The position numbers were made by a program, and so were the translations under genes. From Chrysomallon squamiferum (taxonomy: Eukaryota > Animalia > Mollusca): a stretch of DNA of 64,000 nt. Shown here piece by piece: positions 1 to 14,607 of the stretch. The stretch's first letter is position 1. Each line of letters opens with the position of its first letter. Location of the stretch: contig CM022679.1 of the NCBI GenBank assembly GCA_012295275.1, positions 22,940,001-23,004,000 on the forward strand. Direction: 5' to 3'. Below the pieces are notes generated by a model, which saw only the letters and a list, made by a program, of their open reading frames with translations, had not been told where the DNA came from and made no database searches.

Positions 1-753
1 CAGAGATACAGATTATCAGTGCTAGTTTAGTTGTTGACAGAAACTTTGAGTAATTAACATCATGTTTTGGAATGTGTGGCTTCTCTTTGTTTCAGGCTAC
101 CTGACAGGAATGTGCTGAGATTCATGGAAATTTACTGACAAATGTCTTTGAAGTTTCTCTTTTTCCACAGCAGTTATATCTTGGCTGCTTTGTAACAGTA
201 ACAGTTTTAGGTTTCAGTGGCTGTCATGAATTGTCTTTAAACTGTGTTTTGCAGTGTCTGCATCATAAAGTATAAATAATTAAAATGTGGATCATCTGTA
301 GAAAAACAAAAAAGATATTTTGTATGTCTGATTAGAATTTCTGTTTAGAATTTCTGTTATCATTATTATTTATTTTTCAGTCTATAGCTATTTTCTTTTT
401 TCATAACTGAAGTTGATTTTAATTAAAGAGGGCTTTGTTAATTTGTGACTTTCTGATTTCAGAAAAAGAATGGGAGTAAAAAAAAAAAATACTGTGGATG
501 TTAATATTTAAAAAACCAGTATATATATATATGTACATATTAATTTGTATTTCTTTTTGAATTCAGACAAAAAAATGAACCTCTGAAGACTTTAGATTTG
601 ACAGAAAATTAACCAAAAATATTTTATTTTTAGATTGTTTTAAATGGTTCTGTTTTAAAGAAAAAAGCCATACTTTTGTCTGTGTGTGTGTGTGTTGTTA
701 AGTATTATGTTTAAATCATTCATTTTAATATTTGTGTTTTTTTATCTCGATAG

Positions 754-1064
754 GAATATTTATGTTCACTGCAATAATGATCCGAGCACTGGGTGCTCGC
801 AAAGCTTCAATAGTTCTTCACTCGAGCATTCTCTCCAACATTCTGCATTCCCCAATGAGCTTCTTTGACATCACCCCTCTAGGCCGAATTGTGAATGTTG
901 TGGGCAAAGACATGGACATTGTGGACACCGCGTTGCCAGCGACATTTCACATGGTGCTGCATTGCTTCTTCCACATCGCCAGCACCTTCGTGGTGATATC
1001 AATGAGCACGCCTTACTTTGTTATTGTCCTGGTAGCTCTCATGTTGTTCTACGTTACAGTACAG
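754..1064 (+). CDS. ABCC1: ABCC1/MRP1-like ABC transporter, internal exon (start of visible part, TMD2)
   Basis: tag|GA..CAG|gtacat; encodes GIFMFTAIMIRALGARKASIVLH..ILHSPMSFFDITPLGRIVNVVGKDMDIVD..YVTVQ, matching the ABCC 'PMSFFD.TP.GR..N' segment; upstream exons lie outside the window. Confidence 0.88.
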
Positions 1065-2913
1065 GTACATTCCTCAGTACAGTGGGCCCCTTCTCTTTTC
1101 ATGTTAGTTGTTGTTGTTGTTGTTTTAATTTATTTTATTTTATGTTGTTTTTTTTTTTTTTTTTTTTTTTTTTTTGTAGATGTAGTTTAGACGTTTTTCA
1201 TCTTCATTTCTGGCTTGTTAAAAATGTTGTGCTGATCTTGTTTGCATTTTATTTGAAAGAAAATTTGGCAAGGTTTTTGTTTGGTTTTGTTTGTTTGTTT
1301 TTGTTTGTTTGTTGTTTACATACACATACATGCACATACACAGATACAAACATACATACATGAAAACAACAACAACAAAAAGTTATAAGACATAAGACAA
1401 AAACTACCCTCTCAAAAATCTCAATAAATAAAATGAAAAAACTGAACAGAAAACCAAACAAACAACAACAACAGACAAACAAATCTATTTAATATAAATA
1501 AAATAAAATAAAATATATTATTGTTTGTTTAATATTTCATGTAATAAATTACTAATGATATATTTATTCAAATATCTTTTTCTTTCATATTACTATCATT
1601 ATAATTTAACATTTTATTTTCTATTTATTTTATTGTTAAACAAAGATCTTATCAAAAACTTTACTTAATTTTAATATGTTTATACTTTTAACAGGAATAT
1701 TTTATATTTTAAACTGTACATAGTATAAAACATGTTTTTTTTGGTGAATGTTTTAGCCTACCTATGTTTGGTTTTCCTTCCATAGGTTAATTAAAAAAAA
1801 AATTTTTTTTTTTTTTTTTAAAACTGTCTACTGATTTGGTGCAATCGTAAATTTATGATAGCAGATTTGACGTGTCACATCAAAAATTACTGAAAGCTCA
1901 TTTGGTATCTGATAAATTGCTGAATACTGATTTTATATACACAATACATTACCGAAAGCTCATTTGATATTGCATGTAGTCAGAAGTCAGCATGGTTTGG
2001 CAAAATTATCTAAGCTGGTTTGGTATAGCTCACATAGTTGATAATGAGTCACTTCTGTAAAAATATAAAAAGCTTACATGCCAGCATACGATTCACAACT
2101 ATGTAGACTGCATGAATCTTGATCATAAATGTTAGTCTTGTGAAAGATAACAGCATATTAATATGTAATATATTAACAAGTTTGCTTGATGTTATTATTA
2201 TTATTATTGTTATTATTATTATTATTATTATGCTTGCTTTATTCAGTATAGTTTGTTTCAGACTGAATTCTCAGAAAAGACAAGAGTGAACTAATAGATT
2301 CCTTCATCTGTTTCACTAATTAATGTAAGAAACGCTTGGCAATTAAGAGCATGGCATTTTTTATGTCATTATTCCGTAATACAGGATAGCATTTTAATAT
2401 AACAAACTTACAAAAGAGACAGATTTTTAAGTTTCAGTTCTGGGCACAATTATTACTTGACTTTGATAAACATTTTGTAAGATGTTTCGAAGAGTTTGCC
2501 AGTATCGCTGTGCAGCAGGGAAATGAGATTCTCTTGAAATTTTTAAAAACTCGAATTCATAGCATTTCAATCAACAGACAGTTGATGATTGGTTGGTTAT
2601 GTTCTCGTTGCAGAAGATGGTATTGTGTGCATGCTTTACATTTGTCAACCAGTTTGTTATTCAGATTCAACAAGCATTTTGGATGTCACCGCTTTCGAAA
2701 ATATTACCTCTTAGAACAAAAATTGCTATGTTGATGGTAAGGAATCCATAATGTAATAACTCTCAGCCATTTAAAACAGCTGATTTTAGAAGGTCTGCAT
2801 TTTTTGTAATGGTATAAAATCCTTAAAAAAATGTTCTTCTTTTTAAAATAACAGTATACATTTCTTGGTCATCGTTGTCAGATATTCCCATGTTTAGAAA
2901 GTAAGAACAAGAC

Positions 2914-3329
2914 ATTCAGTTGAAAGGATTAAAATTTGTTTAATATTAGCTACATAACACAACTGTATGGCAAGACCAGTGATTCAGTGGAAAGGATTAA
3001 AATTTGTTTAATATTAGCTACATATTACAACTGTAAGGCAAGACCAGTTATTCAGTTGAAAGGGTTAAAATTATTTTACATTAAATACCTTACTTAACAG
3101 TATGGCAAGACCTATGATTCAGTGGAAAGGGTTAAAATTATTTTACATTAAATACATCACACAATAGTATGGCAAGACCTATGATTCAGTGGAAAGGGTT
3201 AAAATTATTTTACATTAAATACATCACTTAACAGCATGGCAAGACCTATGATTCAGTGGAAAGGGTTAAAATTGTTTTACATTAAATACATCACTTAACA
3301 GCATGGCAAGACCTATGATTCAGTGGAAT
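2914..3329. repeat. Intronic minisatellite, 67-68 bp unit x ~6
   Basis: Unit ATTCAGTGGAAAGGGTTAAAATT..GGCAAGACCTATG recurs at 2914, 2982, 3050, 3117, 3184, 3251, 3318. Confidence 0.9.
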
Positions 3330-3815
3330 GAGTTATATTTGCTAAGGTGTTTGTTATGTAAATCTGAATGTATAATTTTAATTCTTTAGTAGTGTTGTCA
3401 GTTCTTTAATAATGTGTTTAATAGTGTGGATAGTCTACATGGTATAAAAATATTGGCTGCACAACACAACCACATGGCTTTTCTTTCGCACTGGTTTGTT
3501 TTACCCTTGTTTTCCTGCATGTGCATGTACTTACTTATGCTTATCTGCACTTTGACTTGAGTTGCATGACACAGTTAACATAACCCATTGCCTATTTAAT
3601 ATGATGTTTGTTATGTAAATCTGAAATATATATATAATTTTACAGTGTTTAATTGCATTTTACAGAATTGTTATACAAAATTTAAATTTAATCTACAGTA
3701 ATAACAATAACAACAACAATTCAGAAGAATAATCATCAATCTGCTTTACACTATCATTAATATAAATACAAATAATAATAATAACAATAATAACAATAAC
3801 TACAATAACAACAAC

Positions 3816-3856
<41 letters not shown>

Positions 3857-3935
3857 TAATAATAATAATGATAATGATAATATGAAGTCGAATTAATACG
3901 AATCACAAACGTGAAACTTACTTCATCAATTTTGA

Positions 3936-4181
<246 letters not shown>

Positions 4182-4824
4182 TAGTAGACTACAGGTTAGT
4201 AGAGAAAACAATTACTTTTTAATAGTCTATGGTTTTGTAGAATTTTTTTTTTTTAATTTTTTTTTTTAAACTACAAGTTTGTAGATAAATAGATTGTTTT
4301 TGAAACTGAGGATTTCTAGAAATTTTGGTTTATAATATACCAAACAAATGTATAGAAAACACGATTGTTTTTAGACTTTGGCTTTGAAGAAAATTTAATT
4401 GTTTTTAGTCTACTTGGTTTGTAGAAAATTTGAGTTTTAAATTTTTTTTATTAGACTTCAGCTTTGTAGAAATTTTTTTTTTTTTGACTGCAGATGTCTA
4501 GAAAACTTGATTTATAATACCAACAGTGTGTAGAAACCTTTATTGTTTTTAGACCACAGGTTTGTAGACAACTTTAATTATACTACAGGTTTGTAGACGA
4601 CATCATGTATGACTGTTGAAATGTAGTTATTTTTAGACTATAGGTTTGTAGAAAACTTGATTTATGTTACCAGTAAAGTTTGTCGAAATTTGCTTTGTTG
4701 AAGATCACAGATTTGGAAAATATTACAGAAAATCTTTACAGAAAATCTTATTTACATTCCTGACTGATAGTACTTTATTATTATTTATTTCCCAACCAAC
4801 TAAATAAAGAACATAGCAACATAA

Positions 4825-5049
<225 letters not shown>

Positions 5050-5655
5050 TAACAGTAGTACAGATGTAGCATTTGTTGAATACATTTATGTGGCAATATA
5101 ACATGAAAGATCTCTTGGTTAATTTCCATTGAAAGAGATGAAAATGCTCTTTCAGTGCTTGTATTTGTTTTGTCTTTTGTTTGTGTTTGATGGTTAGTAA
5201 CTATTAATTTTAAAATATTGAAGCATATGTTATATTGTTTGACACCAAACAAATCATTGCTGTTAAAATGTGTTGGGATATTGTTTAAACATTTATTTTT
5301 TATTTATTCATTTTCATTCATTTTATTTATTTATACTTTTGTTTATTTATTTGTTTGTTTATTTATTTATTTGTTTATTTATGTTTGTTTATTTATTTAT
5401 TTATATGTTTATTTATTTATTTATTCATTAATTTTATTTATTTATTTATATTTTTGTTTATTTAATTATTTATTTATTTATTTATTTGTTTATTTATTTA
5501 TATGTTTATTTTTTTATTCATTAATTTTATTTATTTATTTATATATATATATATATTTATTTATTTCTTTATTTATATATTTATTTATTTGTTTGTTTAT
5601 TTATATGTTTATTTGTTTATTTATTTATATGTTTGTTTGTTTGTTTGTTGTGTGA

Positions 5656-5775
<120 letters not shown>

Positions 5776-6168
5776 TGATTTGTAAGTGAGATATATTGGA
5801 AAACAAAATCTTTAGAATTTTACATATAAGAAAGAAAATTAAAGTAGGAAAAAAGAAGAGAAATATATATATTAGAATAATATACGTAACACTTCTGTTA
5901 TTTTTTTTATTATTATTTTTATATATATATATACACACACACACATACATACATACATATATATACATATATATAAATTACTGTTACAGAAATGTTGTTT
6001 CTACTACTTGTAATTATTAAATCATCATCATTATTATTATTATTATTATTTTTTACTAATTCAAAATTGTTTTTGTTAGCTTCACTTCCATTCTTTTTTC
6101 TTCTTGTTTTCTAAACATAATCTACTGATCTGTAAGATTAATTAAATGTTGAATGTTTGATGTTCCAG

Positions 6169-6315
6169 GCTGAATGGATAATTGAAGATCACAGTCCAGA
6201 TCCCTCCTGGCCGCAGGATGGAGTTGTGAAGTTTAACAACTACAAAACAAAATACAGGGAGGAGCTCGACCTCGTCCTGAAAGGAATCAACTGCAGAATA
6301 GAATCTGGTCAAAAG
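6169..6315 (+). CDS. ABCC1: ABCC1/MRP1-like exon (AEWIIEDHSPDPSWPQDGVVKFNNYKTKYREELDLVLKGINCRIESGQK)
   Basis: ttccag acceptor, gt donor; WP..G and YR..LDLVL motifs at the start of NBD2. Confidence 0.93.
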
Positions 6316-6366
6316 GTTTTTATTATTATTATTATTATTTTATTATTATGATTATTATTATTATTA

Positions 6367-6422
<56 letters not shown>

Positions 6423-6952
6423 GAGATTGTATTGTGGTTGTTATTTTATTGTTTTTTGTGGTTTTGTTTTTAGCATTATTGTTATTATTATTATTATTAG
6501 TAGTAGTAGTAGTAGTATATTATTTGTTATTATTGTCATCTTTATTGTCTCAATCTTTGTCATTATTATTATTACAGATTGACTTATTTATTTATTATTA
6601 AAGAATGTTCAGTGTTTAACAAGTTTAAAATAACAAAGCAATGAAGCATGCTTTCAAAAAATTTGATTATATATCTTTAATAAATAATAACAACATTATG
6701 CTGAGAATTTCTGTAATAGTCAGTATATAATATCAGTAGAGAATATTGCTTATAAAACAACTTTCCCAAAATGTTTTTAAATACAAATCATAATTTCTGA
6801 ATGTATTTTAAACATTTAATAAAAAAAAAAAAGTAAATAAATTAATAATTTTTTTTTTTTAAAACCTTTACAAAATTGGTCTTATTTATTTATTTATTTA
6901 TTTATTTATTATTGGCTTGTTTTTTGTTTTTTAATTTTTAAAATATGAATAA

Positions 6953-7222
<270 letters not shown>

Positions 7223-7262
7223 TAATATTACATACTCTGTGACATTTTTAATGTTTGTTATA

Positions 7263-7305
<43 letters not shown>

Positions 7306-7691
7306 ACATACACACACACATATACACATATACATACATACACAACACGCACATACACACACAAACAAACATACATACATATATAATTTATATATGTATA
7401 ATAAGGAGCAGCATTAAATAAATTAAATAATCTTTTAATCACACAACACACAAACAAGAAATGTGAAAACTAGTACAGTACATATACACCATAATGTTCA
7501 TGAATTCATGCATCTGAAGTAATACATACCATCCATTAGTAACAAGAAAAAAATGTTCCTTTTTTCCCAAGTTTGAAAAAAAAAAAAAAAAAAAAAATTA
7601 ATTTACTATCATTGAGATTTTTTCACATCTTGGCTTCCAATAAAACTCAGTAAAAAGTTCATTTATGTTTTGTCTGATTATTTTTAACTAA

Positions 7692-7913
<222 letters not shown>

Positions 7914-8043
7914 TGAGTTTTTTCTTTTTGATAAAGATTTAAAAAAAAAAAATATAAAGTTGTGTTATAAATAACTGGTGTGTTTGATAGATGGTGAAAA
8001 ATTTAGCTTTCCTTTTGTACATGTTATATCTGTGAAGGATTTG

Positions 8044-8083
<40 letters not shown>

Positions 8084-8254
8084 GTTCATACCTACATATA
8101 TTTTTAAATACAAAGATATATATTCAGACTTTGTATGTACACAATAACACACACACCAACATATATACATACACATATGCACACACACACATACATAGAT
8201 AAATACATACATACATGCATATACATACACAAGGAAAATATATATATATATATA

Positions 8255-8465
8255 CAGGGGGGTGCAAAAGTAGGCATACAGTTGTGAAAAAAAGAAACCC
8301 TTACAGTACTCATTGCATTTATTATTCAAACAAAAAATGTATTTTTATTAATTTAAATAAAATACGGTTAATAACACTCAAAATAAGAAAAATGAGTCCA
8401 ACTAATTTAATGTGCCACTAAATTCACTGATGTGATACTGCTGTATACCTTGTTTTGCACCCCAT
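8255..8465. mobile_element. Tc1/mariner-type MITE in ABCC intron
   Basis: Left end CAGGGGGGTGCAAAAGTAGGCATACAG and right end CTGTATACCTTGTTTTGCACCCCA form an imperfect ~27-bp TIR; both flanks are TA runs. Confidence 0.6.
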
Positions 8466-8552
8466 ATATATATATATATATATACAAACACACACACACA
8501 CACACACACATACATACATCATACAAAGACGCACACAAAGACACACGTGTGA

Positions 8553-8765
<213 letters not shown>

Positions 8766-9489
8766 TGAGTTTGTAGAGAGTTTTTTTTTTTTTGTAGATT
8801 ATACCAGAGGTGTCACCTAGCTGTATTGGTTGTAAAAAAAATTTCATGTTAATGATATCCTCACTTCTAGAATATTTTTAATTGTGTGGAAGCCATTTTG
8901 TTGAAATCTCCAAATGTTACCAGGTGTTGACAAGGTAGCTTTGTGTAGCAGTGTTACTGTTGATTATCTCTTTCAGTAGAAGCCATGTTGTCAGTTCCCG
9001 AAATCCTTCAGGGAATGGTCCCTAGGTTTTGTTTGTAAAGAAAACCATCTGTAAACTTTTAACATGTATAAATTTTAATTTACATTCATAACCCTCTGTG
9101 GAATTATCCAAGTCATAATTACCAAGAAGTAAAAAAAAAAATTTAAATAAAAATATTATTTTATATAAATTTTGATTAGCTATAATTAATTATATAATGA
9201 ATTATGAATCTATAATTGTTAGTTACCACAGGAGATATGCTATTAATAATTTGGTACATTGGTAGACATCTTGAATCTGTAAGAACCTGTCTATAATTTA
9301 TGTCAGAATCTCAGCATTTGTATGTAATTCATTAAAATGTTATTAAACACAAAAAATCACATTAAATTTAAATTCTTAGCTAATGTTGTATACTTATATT
9401 TATAAACATAACAAATCATTAAACTTAAATCCTTAGCTAATGTATTGATGTGTATGTATTTGTAACAATTCTCTTTCTGTTTGTTTCAG

Positions 9490-9601
9490 AATCCTTGTTC
9501 TTGATGCAGGTCAAATAAAAGAATTTGGCAGCCCTGAAGTTCTGCTGCAGAATCCCAAATCCTTGTTTTATAAACTGGCAAAAGATGCTGGCTTGGTTTG
9601 A
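9490..9601 (+). CDS. ABCC1: ABCC1/MRP1-like terminal coding exon (ILVLDAGQIKEFGSPEVLLQNPKSLFYKLAKDAGLV*)
   Basis: tttcag acceptor; ends AKDAGLV-TGA as in MRP1. Confidence 0.95.
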
Positions 9602-11323
9602 CAACTGGAAAATCAGTACTGTATAGAGTTTTTGTTAAATTTGTCTGAAGAGGAAAATTATGAACTGAAAGAGAAAAAGAAAGAAAAAAAAGAAGAAAAA
9701 AGGGAAAAGATATGTTGGAATTAATATTATGTTGAATTAATTTGGTAATTTTGTAAAAAAAGAAATGATTATTTTTGTTTTATTTATGATTAATGAAAAT
9801 TGTAATATTATTGAAATGGAGACAGAGAGTTAGAGAGAGACAGAGAGAGACAGAGACAGAGAGAGAGAGAGGAAATGTTTGACTGTTGAACTTTTAAAAG
9901 AATCAGGTTTAGTCTGGTAACAGAAACAATGATCTATAAGAAAACAATATTTGAAATTTAAAAAAAATATATATATATATAAATTTTAAAAAAAAAAAAA
10001 ATATATTATTTTAAAGAAAATTACTACTGAAGAAAAAAGTGTGCTGATATCACTTGACAAGGAAAATAACTAATTAGGAAATTAGTACTGGAAGATAACT
10101 CTTAGTTTATTTTTTACATGATTATATTTATGTATAGTTTCTGTCACAGCTTGGTTAGTTAATTAAAAAATAACAATAGAAAATCAGATATCTGGTAAAG
10201 CAGCTTTTTATCTAGTCATGTCAAGTTATATGTTATTATCATTATCATCGTCATCGTCATTATTATTTTTATGTTACTATTATTTATATTTATTATAATA
10301 TCATTATCATTATCAATATTATTAATATCAATATTATCATTATCAAAATATTATTATTATAATTATTATTACTGCTACTATTATTATTTTATCATCATCA
10401 TTACTATTATTATTAACATTACTGTTATCGTCATCAAAGATGAATATGGCTTAGGAAAAACAGAAATAGCAAAGAAAATATTTAACACTATCTAGAAAAT
10501 AGTACAGAATGAACCCAGTAAGAGAAATCGAGACAAAAATGTGATGTACAGAATAATGATAATTGTCGTATTATTTCAGTATAGAAAGTGCTGGATCACA
10601 TCGTGTTTTGTTTTATTAACTTTTTAGTAATTTTTGTTGCAATGTTTCAGAGATAAATTCAGGTGAAAGAATCAAACACAAAAAAAAAATCATTAAAAAA
10701 TAAAACGAACAAATAAATAACCCACTTGGCCAAAATATTTCGTTTTCTTGTTTTACAGGTTAGAAGTTCATTAGTTTGTTAACTTTTATGAGATGTTTTG
10801 TTATTATGATTTTAATAGACCAGTTTCTGTAGACATTCCTCCCTGCAGTACATATCAGTTTTTCTAGTTTTTAAGTACCAGTCAAATTTCTTATAGATCT
10901 TTAAACTTTTATATTTATTTTTGCTTTTAGTTTGATTGTATTTTCTATTTTTTTTTTTTTTTTTTTTTTTTTATACTTTTTTTAATGTGTGTAAAAGTTT
11001 TAAGATGTCTTATTTTGTGTGATTCTTTGTTTCTGTTTTTGTTTTTGTTAGTTTTTGTTTTGTAGTTTTGTTTCAGTCGTCTAACAGTTCTACAATGTTG
11101 TAAGTAGGACTAAGTTTGCAAATGTAACTTCATTTTTATTTGTTTGTTTTGAATTTAATTGCTTAGCAATCGTTTAACTTGAACTAGATAATCTTAACGT
11201 TGTTGTAGTATTTTGTTATTACAACTGAGACAGTTGTATTTAGATATTTTGTTTTTGAGCTTGTTTGAGAGAGAAAGAGAATGAGAAGCAAGGAGGAGAG
11301 AGAAAGGAAGGGGGGGAGAGAGA

Positions 11324-11381
<58 letters not shown>

Positions 11382-14300
11382 CAGATAGACTTCTGAATTC
11401 AGGACATGGATACAACAAAGGTAGACATACGCTTAATTTGACAAACTTTTTAGTAGTATTTTTTATTGCATTAAAATTGTGTTAGAAAAATATGTGTAAA
11501 ATGTTTTATAAATCATTGTTAAAACTCTTGACAGGGAACAAACAAACATTAAAACAACAACTGCCAGTATATTTTTTTCAAGTCACACTTCAGGTATTAA
11601 ACAATTATATATAGCTCTCAAACTGCGGCCTTGCTACCCCCTTTGATATGATTTTGATTAAATTCATATGACTACAAGATCAGCAGATAACTAATGCCAT
11701 CATTTCTAAAATCAGGGAATGTCTTTGCCTTGAAAACTTTTATAAACTTCGGTTAAATTTAATTGTTTATATTCCTTCTTTTTTATTTTTTTTTTCCTTT
11801 TTTTCCACATTTTTTATACATATTTAACTGGGAAATATATAATTAAATTTCTCACATACATTATTAAAACATATTGCAGGATAAGAAAACATGGAATTAT
11901 ATTATTTTGTTTTCTGTTATTTTACAAGCATTCAGGGTATGCAAAGGTAATATATTTGTCTCTTGTCAGGAATGACATATTATTTTTAGTCTGTTTTTAC
12001 GATATATATATATATATGTGTGTTGGATCGAATGAAATTCATAGATGTTAGGAAAATCGTTATATTGTTCATTCAAATTTTAGCCTGAAGAAAAGAAAAA
12101 GACAAAATGAGAGAGAGATCGAGCATTCAATTAAGTCTGTTTTTTGAACAAAAGATTTTTTTTTTTTTTTTTTTTTTTTTCATTGTTTAATTCTTGTTTT
12201 AGGGTAATTCGGATAACGGTAATTTATGACGAGCAGTATTAGCTACGATAACTAGTAAATTGGTTTCATCTTTTAGTGATTAATATATTGTTTTTATGTT
12301 GTTAGCTATGGTTTATTTGTAGCGAGAACTCAGATTTCAGAATATACTACATCTAAATTTCCTTCCTATAGAACAAACGGCCCTCGTTTCTGTTACTATT
12401 TCCAGTAACCAATTTCCCAAATGAACGAAAAAGTCTTTTAAAATTCAGAAATTTAAAAATTTACAAGAGACTTTATGAGTTAGATCTTTAGTTAAAAGAA
12501 AGTTATGTTTTATTTTGTTATAATCTTAATTTTGATTTTATAAAATTTTTGTTAATAACGATATTGTTTAGTAGTAAAATATCCACATCTTCTGAACGAG
12601 TGAATCATAATTAGTTCCTTATCAGGTACGCCATTGTATCTTTAGTGGGTGTGTCTTGCATTAGTTGGTCTGTTTTGTTTTGTTTCGTGAGTGGGTGTGT
12701 CTTTGTGTGTCAAAACGACTCGGTGAAAGGGGAGTGTCTCAATCTCACATCATTCAAGAGATTTTGTTTTACGTTTGTTAATCTCAGACGGATAATAACA
12801 TGACAGATATGTCTGTTTTTTAAATCTGGTCGTATATTACTTGAATTTGTTATTTTTACATATTGCAATAATTTTGATTCTGTGTAAATAGCAGAAAAAA
12901 TGTGTTACATGAGATAATCGCATACGCGCGCGTGCTTGCACGCACCACTTCTACACACACACGCATACAATAACAAATACGCATACGACATTGATATACA
13001 TTAGTTTCGACACAAGACCAGGTTCCAGTGGATTTGGCATATTTTTATTTTCTGACACACAAAACTTAAAATGTATTCAAATACATAATCAGACACACAA
13101 AAGCATGCACATGCATACATTCATATATGAATGACATAATATATACACATACATTCATACATATATATATATAACTTAATATTTATTTTTATCTTTTATT
13201 ATATGTTATTTGCTTTTTTAATTATTATTATTATTATTATTTTTTTCATTTTGATGTTCTGCCAATTTCATAAATGTTAATCATGATTTGTAATCTCATA
13301 TACCGGTATGTTACCCAATATGTTAATGGTTTTCGTTTTTATTTTTATGGTTTTAAAGAAATGGAAAAGTATTTTCGAGTAATAGAAAACTGAACTGTAT
13401 GAAGAAGAAATAATAAAATAAAAAATAAGAAGAAGAAGAGAAAAATCCCAAATCTTTTGTATTGCTCTCAATTTGAAACGCTAAACTTCTGTTTTCAATA
13501 GTGAAATTTTTAGTGCCGATTTTTGTCAAAATTTAATATTTATAAAAAGATGTTTATTTTTTGATAAAGAAAGATTTCGTTTAGACAGTGTTTCTAGGCA
13601 CTAGGCTCAGAAACGAGCTGCTGTAATACGTTGTCTTCGTGTTTCGTAAACAATTATGGACTGTTGAAAATTGTGTTTTATTATTTCAACAAAGGAAAGT
13701 AAATTGCTTTGGTTATTGATTGTGTTTTCGTTATCTTTATTTTATGTTTTTTCTGTTTGTTATTATTATTTTCTTTCTTTCTGTTTTGTTCTGTATATCA
13801 TTGTTTGAATTAAACGTCCACTGTGTCATGTTAAACGTTATTTTTTATTATTATTAATCTTTTTTTTTTTAATTTCTGAGAATCATCACAAAAACAAACG
13901 ATGACAAATAAATAAGAATGAAAGGCTGAAAACAGAAATCTGAATTACGGCTTGCTTTAAAAGAAAAAAAGAAAAGAAAACCCATGGCTAACAGTAACAC
14001 TCACAAAAGATAACAACAAAATATACACGTACCTACATTCTTTCGAAGCGTGGTTTCAATGGGTGCGGTCACTTCATCATTGTGGAATTCTAGTGTGCCA
14101 CTGTTTGGCGAAATCCACAGCATGATAGATAAAACATATCCCTGTCTTGCTCTGACCTCTGCCACCACTCATCTGTTTCACCCGTCCTCACTGTCTCTCC
14201 CCTGGACCTGTTTTCCCTCGTGTGATTTCCAAACGTTAATACGTAGTGATCACCTTAGCCAACCCAGGACCACTTCAGTTTTGGTTTTATCTCTTAAACC

Positions 14301-14432
14301 TCATTTGTTTATTTATTTATTTTATTTTTTTAAAACTTTAAACATAAAAAAATAAAAAAATAAAAAAATAAAAAATGAAGGGAAAAAGAAAAAGAAACGC
14401 ATAGATGAAATATTCTAGGAATTACCTTTTCG

Positions 14433-14607
14433 ATGCAGACGGATGCGCATGCGTGACCCGTAGTCTCGAGACGCCTTCTGCAGCTTTTACATGCCTTGCA
14501 GGAAGAGTGAGCCAGGATTCAACGTGCCCAGATTCAGTCTGTGCTAAGCAGACGATGTCCTTGTAGTGACTGTTGCTGATGATGGCCACACACAAAAAAA
14601 TCTGTTG
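14433..14607 (+). mobile_element. Tc1-like transposase C-terminal relic (also ~25855-26030 and ~48801-48975)
   Basis: Copy 2 reads, across stops and frameshifts, RRIHMRDP*SQT/LPQLLNALQEE*ARIQRAQIQSM../IVIAADDGHTK, resembling the Tc1 end 'ALQEEWARI..VIAANGGHTRY'. Confidence 0.65.

Noticed and set aside
2510-2734. 74-aa intronic ORF as an extra ABCC exon
   Set aside because: No ABCC similarity in the frames read and no convincing splice-site pair
2914-3329. Regularly spaced repeats resembling a CRISPR array
   Set aside because: Whole units repeat with no unique spacers; eukaryotic intron; no cas genes
14050-14355. ORF repeated in each A unit (also 25450-25803 and 48398-48778)
   Set aside because: Recurrence is due to the duplication; start and length vary, no splice or promoter context; the opposite strand loosely resembles a decayed LINE 3' end
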